Below are positions 58,307-64,000 of a DNA stretch of 64,000 nucleotides, in pieces. Position 1 is the first letter of the stretch. Every line of letters begins with the position of its first letter. Position numbers and translations under genes: made by a program. The stretch comes from Leptospira biflexa (GTDB taxonomy: Bacteria > Spirochaetota > UBA4802 > UB4802): positions 11,314 through 75,313 of the forward strand of contig DYLU01000002.1 of assembly GCA_020721905.1 (NCBI GenBank). Reading direction: 5' to 3'. Below the pieces are notes generated by a model. That model was not told the origin of the DNA. It did not search any database and saw nothing but the letters and a program-made list of their open reading frames with translations.

Positions 58307-59253
58307 TACTCAACCTCTTTCTCATCCAGTGGAGCTCCGCCTGCCAGAAGATAAAAAATAGCCATTCTCACTGCTACCCCATTGGTGACCTGCTCATTTA
58401 TTATTGAATGGGAACTGTCGGCCACTTCACCATCTATTTCAATCCCACGGTTAATTGGTCCAGGATGCATCACAATAACATCTTTCTTACATCGTTTAAG
58501 GCGTTCATTGGTTAATGCAAAACGCTTATGATATTCCCGTATTGAAGGGAAAAATGATCCCTGCTGACGTTCACGTTGTATTCGCAACATATTAATGACA
58601 TTGAGCTTTGGAAGTATTTCATCAAATTCATAATAAATATCAACACCATACATCCTGAATTCATCAGGAACCAGCGTTGGAGGCCCAATCAGGCTGATCT
58701 TTGCTCCCAATCGCTTAAAAATCTCAATATCTGAACGAGCAACACGTGAATGAAGAATATCACCCACTATACCAATGTGCAATCCTTTGATATTGCCCAC
58801 TATATCCATCAGTGAATATGCATCAAGCAGAGCCTGGGTTGGATGGGCATGATTGCCATCCCCTGCATTAATAACAGATGATTTTATATTACGGGATAAA
58901 AAATGCGGCGCTAATGACGCCGCATGACGCATAACAATAAAATCTGCTTTATACGCCTCCAGCGTATGGACAGTATCAATCAGAGATTCTCCTTTGACTA
59001 CGCTTGATGTTTGTACCGCAATATTAATTAAATCTGCTGACAGGCGTTTTGCTGCCAGCTCAAAACTTATGCGCGTGCGCGTTGAGGGCTCATAGAATAA
59101 AAGGCAAACAGTCTTACCCCGTAAAACCGGCACTGTTTTAATTGATCGTGTAAAAAGGGCTTTGAAATATTTTGCAGAATTACATATTAATAAAATTTCT
59201 TCGGTAGTTAATGATTGTATATCCAGTAAGTCTTTTCTTTGTAAACCACTCAT
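58306..59253 (-). CDS. pyrB: aspartate carbamoyltransferase catalytic subunit
   Basis: STRTR motif (YEPSTRTRISFE) and HPxQ motif (HAHPTQALLD). Confidence 0.9.
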   Translation of the reverse strand: MSGLQRKDLLDIQSLTTEEILLICNSAKYFKALFTRSIKTVPVLRGKTVCLLFYEPSTRTRISFELAAKRLSADLINIAVQTSSVVKGESLIDTVHTLEAYKADFIVMRHAASLAPHFLSRNIKSSVINAGDGNHAHPTQALLDAYSLMDIVGNIKGLHIGIVGDILHSRVARSDIEIFKRLGAKISLIGPPTLVPDEFRMYGVDIYYEFDEILPKLNVINMLRIQRERQQGSFFPSIREYHKRFALTNERLKRCKKDVIVMHPGPINRGIEIDGEVADSSHSIINEQVTNGVAVRMAIFYLLAGGAPLDEKEVE

Positions 59254-59398
59254 ATCCTGTTTTACCTTTTATTAGTTACATATAATCCCAAATAGTTTAA
59301 ATATTTTCAATAATTTTTTTTAATATATTTTTGATTGAACTATTATGTATGTACTGTAGTTTTGTAATCTGAGTTTACATTGTAAAAAAGGAGAACAT

Positions 59399-60052
59399 AT
59401 GAACGACTATACTGCCTTTTATGACCTTGATCATACCATACTTGCATCAAGTTCAGGTACACTCATTGTCAGGGATCTTTACAAAAGGGGTATGATATCA
59501 CTATTACCTCTTATCAATGGCATGTTACTTTCACTGTTATATAAATCAGGTATTATCAATACACAATCACTGATAACAAATTGGGTTAGAAGATTAAAAG
59601 GTATAGAAGCGAAAACCATGGAACAGTTTTCTGAAATTTTTTTTGAAGAGACAGTTAAACATTACATTTATCCTCAGGCTCTTGAATCAATGTATATGCA
59701 TAAAGCTAAAGGAGCATCCATTGTTTTACTTTCTGCATCACTGGATTTCATATGTAAACCTATAGTAAAGCATCTTCACCTTGATGATCTTCTATGTACT
59801 GAAATGGAAGTAAACAATGGTTACTATACCGGTTCAATAAAAGGCAAGTACTGTTGCGGGATAGAAAAACTTAACCGGGCCATACAGTTTTGCACAGCTC
59901 ATAACATCGATATCAAATCTGCATATTACTATGCTGATTCTGTTGCCGATATACCTGTTCTTGAAGCGGTTGGATTCCCTCAATGTGTCAATCCTGATTC
60001 TGCTTTACGGAAAATAGCCCATATAAAAGGCTGGCCTGTGCACAGGTGGTGA
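59399..60052 (+). CDS. HAD-IB family hydrolase (phosphoserine-phosphatase-like)
   Basis: Motif I FYDLDHTIL. HAD-IB cap architecture. Confidence 0.7.
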   Translation: MNDYTAFYDLDHTILASSSGTLIVRDLYKRGMISLLPLINGMLLSLLYKSGIINTQSLITNWVRRLKGIEAKTMEQFSEIFFEETVKHYIYPQALESMYMHKAKGASIVLLSASLDFICKPIVKHLHLDDLLCTEMEVNNGYYTGSIKGKYCCGIEKLNRAIQFCTAHNIDIKSAYYYADSVADIPVLEAVGFPQCVNPDSALRKIAHIKGWPVHRW

Positions 60053-60053
60053 T

Positions 60054-61700
60054 TTAATGCTTGAACCTCTGAACAATGGGTATACGCCTTCCAACACCAA
60101 AAGCCTTGGTAGTTACTTTCAATCCAACTGGTGCCTGTTTTCGTTTGTATTCATTTCTGTCGATAGTTCGCAAAACAGAATATACTATGTCAGGATCAAA
60201 TCCATCGTCAATAATCTGTTCTGCACTCATTTTCAATTCAACATACCGTTCAATAATCTGGTCTAATATCTCATATGGGGGAAGTGAGTCCTGATCTTTC
60301 TGATTTTCACGTAATTCTGCAGAGGGAGCCTTTTCAAGTATTGATCCGGGTATTATCTCTTTATCTCTGTTAATATAATAGGATAATGCATACACAAGGG
60401 TCTTAGGCATATCAGAAAGCACCGCCAGGCCCCCAGCCATGTCACCATATAAGGTACAGTAGCCCATTGATAATTCCGATTTATTCCCTGTTGTAAGTAA
60501 CAGCATACCAAATTTGTTGCTGAATGCCATCAATATATTCCCACGTATTCGTGCCTGTATATTCTCTTCTGCAATATCAAACGGCAAGTCTTTAAAGTAG
60601 GGGACTAATTCATGTATATAAGTGTTAAAAAGATTCTTTATTGGAATAGTATGGATTTCTATTCCTAAATTATGTGCCAATTCCACCGAATCATCAACAC
60701 TTCCCCTAGAAGAAAATATAGATGGCATGGTAATCCCCAACACATTCTGGGGACCTAAAGCTTTAACAGCCAGGCATGCTGTCAGTGCCGAATCAATTCC
60801 GCCACTTAACCCTAATACAACTTTTTTAAATCCTGATTTATATACATAATCCCGTATGCCTAAAATGAGTGCTTTTTCAATATCAGCAATGAAGTCCTCT
60901 TCACAGCTTATGTGCATATATTCTTTTTCTGTATCAAACACTATGCAATCTTCTTGAAAATCTTTAGCTTTGAGTATAAAATTCCCTGTTTTATCTATAA
61001 CAAAACTGTTTCCATCAAATATAAGACTATCATTGCCTCCAACCTGATTGACATAGATTACAGGCACCTTATATTTTTTTGCCACATGCTGGATTTTAGT
61101 CCATTTTATGGAATTTTTCCCCTTTACATACGGGGATGCTGAAATATTAACCAGTATATCAGCACCTTTTTTAATACAGTTTTCAATAGGGTCAACAGCA
61201 TAGTGCCTGAACTCCATAAACATATCCTCGCTTTGGCTCATGTCATTCCATATATCTTCACATATGGTAACACCAATATTAGTGCCTTTATAGGTAATGA
61301 TTTCCTGAGATGGTGCAGGTGAAAAGTACCGTAATTCATCAAATACATCATAGGTGGGGAGTAAGGTCTTATAATGCTTTGACTGTAATTTTCCACCATA
61401 CATAAAGGCTGCAGCATTATACAGCATAGGAGGATTGTCATAATTATAATCCACATATCCGCAAATGATACCGCAATCACTGCTCAGAGGAGCTATCGCA
61501 TCCAACGCTCTAAGATTATCATCAATGAGTTTTTTATGCTCCAATAAATCCATAGGAGGGTACCCAATTGTTGCCATCTCAGGGAAAATAACTAAATCTG
61601 CACCCTTTTTTTTTGCAAGAGTAACAAACTGAGAAATCTTATTACAATTTCCCTCAATATCTGCAATGATTGGATTCACCTGAGCTATCGCAATCTTCAT
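60054..61700 (-). CDS. nadE: glutamine-dependent NAD+ synthetase (CN-hydrolase plus NAD synthase domains)
   Basis: N-terminal nitrilase-like domain. C-terminal PP-loop GLSGGIDSA. 548 aa. Confidence 0.88.
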   Translation of the reverse strand: MKIAIAQVNPIIADIEGNCNKISQFVTLAKKKGADLVIFPEMATIGYPPMDLLEHKKLIDDNLRALDAIAPLSSDCGIICGYVDYNYDNPPMLYNAAAFMYGGKLQSKHYKTLLPTYDVFDELRYFSPAPSQEIITYKGTNIGVTICEDIWNDMSQSEDMFMEFRHYAVDPIENCIKKGADILVNISASPYVKGKNSIKWTKIQHVAKKYKVPVIYVNQVGGNDSLIFDGNSFVIDKTGNFILKAKDFQEDCIVFDTEKEYMHISCEEDFIADIEKALILGIRDYVYKSGFKKVVLGLSGGIDSALTACLAVKALGPQNVLGITMPSIFSSRGSVDDSVELAHNLGIEIHTIPIKNLFNTYIHELVPYFKDLPFDIAEENIQARIRGNILMAFSNKFGMLLLTTGNKSELSMGYCTLYGDMAGGLAVLSDMPKTLVYALSYYINRDKEIIPGSILEKAPSAELRENQKDQDSLPPYEILDQIIERYVELKMSAEQIIDDGFDPDIVYSVLRTIDRNEYKRKQAPVGLKVTTKAFGVGRRIPIVQRFKH

Positions 61701-61741
61701 AATAATTACCCTTTTATTGTGACCCTTTATAAATATCCATC

Positions 61742-63019
61742 CTAATATTGTCGTATGTTTTTTGTAATGATATGCTGTATAGCGCTGCTTAACATCATTT
61801 TCAAAACCATATCCTGCTCCTTTGTATAAATAACAAACAATTTTTGTAATGAACCTGCATCACATATTCTTTTTAATGAGAAAACAATTGCTGTTTTGAC
61901 ATACAGTTCCTTTTCTTTTGGGTAGTGCTCGAGTAACGGAATCACTACATTTTTACCTTTAAATTGTGATAAGGCCGCTGCTGCTTCAGCGCGCATTCTC
62001 AAATCTTCATCATCTAATGACCCTACAATCAGCGGTACTGTGCGCTCATCACGAATTACTCCCAGGGCATATACTGCATAAATGCGCAGGCTCCTGTTTT
62101 CTTCATTGTTCACAATATGCTGTAATCCACGGATATCACCTGCATTTTTAGCATTTATAAGCGCTTTTATTATCTTACGTTTTATATAGACTTCTCGTTC
62201 AGTTAACAACTGTCGTGATAAATACATGGTACTTTCTTTAGTTAGTAATGCTGACAGAGCATCTACTGCAGCATCCCTCACAAGATCAGAGTAATCTGAT
62301 AATGCACGGACAAAAATATAATACGCTGCCCTATCATGCAATGCTGATAAAACATTTATTGCCTTTACCCGTACTTCCTCATTTTCATCACCCGAGGCAA
62401 TCGAGCGCACATATGGCAAAGCAGCGCTGATATCATTATGAACAACACAATCAAGGGCAAAATACCGTACCGATTTATTGGTATCCTGAAGCAGCCCGAC
62501 AATAATTTCATAAAACCTGTTATCATAGAGATGGTAGAGTGATTCCAATGCATATATTCTGTAGATTACTTCATCACTTCTGGCTAAACGTATAATAAAC
62601 GGGTACATTCTATCATCACCATTCTTTTTTAGAGCCAGTATGACTGATTCCCTTACTGCAAAAAATGGTGACGATAAAAACTCAATTATCACCGGCAATA
62701 CTTTTTTATCATGCATATCAGCAAGTATCTCAATAACCATTTTCTGTACTGTTATTGAATGTACTGAATGCAATATATCCTTAAAAAATTCTATATTGGT
62801 TCTCATTTTACTTTTTTTCAGTATCTGTAATGCCTGTATCTTTTGGTCGTTATCTTTACCTTTAACAATTAACTCTTTTAATTTCAGGATGCATTCATCA
62901 GAAAGGTCAATATGACTAACATCAACATTATGAGCAAATGCATTTATACATTCATTATTTGCAAAACTAAGTGTATAAGCAATAAACACAAAAGTCAGTA
63001 TAATACCTATTTTTTTCAT
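61742..63019 (-). CDS. secreted HEAT/ARM-repeat protein (425 aa)
   Basis: Signal peptide (MKKIGIILTFVFIAYTLSFA). Repeated ...VR..A..AL... HEAT-like units (PBS-lyase type). Confidence 0.65.
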   Translation of the reverse strand: MKKIGIILTFVFIAYTLSFANNECINAFAHNVDVSHIDLSDECILKLKELIVKGKDNDQKIQALQILKKSKMRTNIEFFKDILHSVHSITVQKMVIEILADMHDKKVLPVIIEFLSSPFFAVRESVILALKKNGDDRMYPFIIRLARSDEVIYRIYALESLYHLYDNRFYEIIVGLLQDTNKSVRYFALDCVVHNDISAALPYVRSIASGDENEEVRVKAINVLSALHDRAAYYIFVRALSDYSDLVRDAAVDALSALLTKESTMYLSRQLLTEREVYIKRKIIKALINAKNAGDIRGLQHIVNNEENRSLRIYAVYALGVIRDERTVPLIVGSLDDEDLRMRAEAAAALSQFKGKNVVIPLLEHYPKEKELYVKTAIVFSLKRICDAGSLQKLFVIYTKEQDMVLKMMLSSAIQHIITKNIRQY

Positions 63020-63080
63020 GAAAATGACACCACCTGTGTATAGTCAGGTTACAGTAAAATAGTTCAGAATTATAATCAAT

Positions 63081-63106
63081 AAAAAAACCCGACCCCCAGG
63101 GCCGGG
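63081..63106 (-). terminator. rho-independent terminator after the TetR gene (minus strand: hairpin CCCGGCCC..GGGTCGGG-like, then T7)
   Basis: Sequence aaaaaaacccgacccccagggccggg on plus. On the minus strand this is a GC hairpin followed by ttttttt. Confidence 0.6.
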
Positions 63107-63134
63107 ATTTAAAGGACATACTATATCAAAAGCA

Positions 63135-63743
63135 CTATTTCAATACACCACTGAAATAATGGGTTACCAGTGAATTAATAACCTCTTTGTCAGTGACATT
63201 CTTTTTCTCCTTATCAAACTGGTATACCAAAAACATTACCGAGCCAATAAGCATAATTGCAGTAATTTCTGCATTCAGCGTTTTTTTGTATAGGCCTTTT
63301 TTCTTTATCTCTTCTATATCCCGTGCAACAATATTAATCAAATGTTTTAAAAACTGGTCAACACGTTCAACTACCTCTTCATCTATGCCCACAATATCTT
63401 TAAATATGAGCTTTATTACTATTGGCTCACTTAGAATAGCTTTGATACATTCAGTTATTCTATCAGTATTGAATTTAATTATATCTTTCTGTGACGGGTT
63501 TTCTTTTAAAAGATCCCTGAGATCATCAGGGTCAAGAATATCATCAATACTTTCTTCAATAGATTCAAGAATTGCATAAAGGATTTCTCTTTTATTACCA
63601 AAATACTGATATACTGTGCCCCGGGCAATATTCAATTCTTCACAGACCTGCCCTATATGGGTGCTCTGGAAACCTTTGTCTATAAACATCTTTTTAGCGA
63701 TATCTACAATTTGTTGTCGCCGTTTTTGTCCTTTTGCTGGCAT
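63135..63743 (-). CDS. TetR/AcrR-family transcriptional regulator
   Basis: N-terminal HTH (RRQQIVDIAKKMFIDKGFQSTHIGQVCEELNIARGTVYQYFGNKREIL). Confidence 0.8.
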   Translation of the reverse strand: MPAKGQKRRQQIVDIAKKMFIDKGFQSTHIGQVCEELNIARGTVYQYFGNKREILYAILESIEESIDDILDPDDLRDLLKENPSQKDIIKFNTDRITECIKAILSEPIVIKLIFKDIVGIDEEVVERVDQFLKHLINIVARDIEEIKKKGLYKKTLNAEITAIMLIGSVMFLVYQFDKEKKNVTDKEVINSLVTHYFSGVLK

Positions 63744-63766
63744 TTGTATACCCCTTTAAATAAATT

Positions 63767-63874
63767 CTATTTTATTTCACCTTTTGCACGAAGCAACTCT
63801 TCTTTGATTGGTTGCAAAGCTTCCTGAAGTTCCTTAATCATTCTTTCAGCTTTTTCCTGCAATTCTTTACTCAT
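63767..63874 (-). CDS. 35-aa helical micro-protein (MSKELQEKAERMIKELQEALQPIKEELLRAKGEIK)
   Basis: ATG with upstream aaaggaa SD-like sequence. Coiled-coil-like. Directly upstream of the TetR gene on the same strand. Below the ORF-track cutoff. Confidence 0.3.
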   Translation of the reverse strand: MSKELQEKAERMIKELQEALQPIKEELLRAKGEIK

Positions 63875-64000
63875 ATACCATATATTCCTTTATTTTCAAT
63901 AATCATATATGCTTACTATACATATCGTTAACATTTTCATTATTTTATATAAAAAAAGATTTTTTGTTATAAACGTTATACATAGCATACTTTTTTGCGT

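Noticed and set aside
1-64000. tRNA, rRNA, CRISPR arrays, IS elements, integrases, phage genes
   Set aside because: Scanned intergenic regions and all ORF translations. No cloverleaf-like GC-rich segments, no direct-repeat arrays, no transposase, integrase or phage-structural motifs seen.

Overview
This 64 kb window is low-GC chromosomal DNA, roughly mid-30s % GC by eye, from what looks like an anaerobic bacterium. I infer anaerobiosis from the class III anaerobic ribonucleotide reductase nrdDG, pyruvate phosphate dikinase and two YkgJ-type CxxCxxCC proteins. About 60 protein-coding genes are densely packed on both strands. I found no rRNA, tRNA, CRISPR array, IS element, integrase or prophage signature.

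Recognisable blocks:
- nrdD-nrdG near the left end.
- The origin-proximal housekeeping cluster rpmH-rnpA-yidD-yidC-jag(khpB)-mnmE on the minus strand. rpmH is missing from the supplied ORF track because it is under 60 aa.
- A glycosyltransferase / response-regulator / methyltransferase group.
- ppdK.
- A TetR-flanked beta-oxidation-like regulon: two adjacent acyl-CoA dehydrogenases, 3-hydroxyacyl-CoA dehydrogenase and enoyl-CoA hydratase on the minus strand, and divergently an SCP2 protein, an acyl-CoA ligase and a thiolase followed by a START-domain protein.
- leuS.
- A ClC channel with a PtsN-like EIIA gene upstream.
- A long-chain acyl-CoA ligase convergent with a FadH-like 2,4-dienoyl-CoA reductase.
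- dsbD, purD, mlaD-like, radA, guaB, pyrC-pyrB and nadE.

Observations most worth a second look:
1. The glycyl-radical C-terminal module of NrdD sits on its own 63-aa ORF. It is in-frame with nrdD but separated by a TAA stop, and it has its own Shine-Dalgarno sequence.
2. Two loci each pair a CsgG/TolB-N-like lipoprotein with a small beta-barrel. Both lipoproteins carry an unusual Trp/Cys-Cys C-terminal motif.
3. Perfect palindromes sharing the core TACTGACATGTCAGTA flank the TetR gene of the beta-oxidation regulon. A separate 19-bp palindrome sits directly upstream of the fadH-like gene.
4. There is a 31-aa Arg/Lys-rich micro-ORF, and a poly-C tract inside the GT4 glycosyltransferase.

Several ORF-track starts are over-extended through alternative start codons. 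I corrected these where a Shine-Dalgarno plus ATG was visible.
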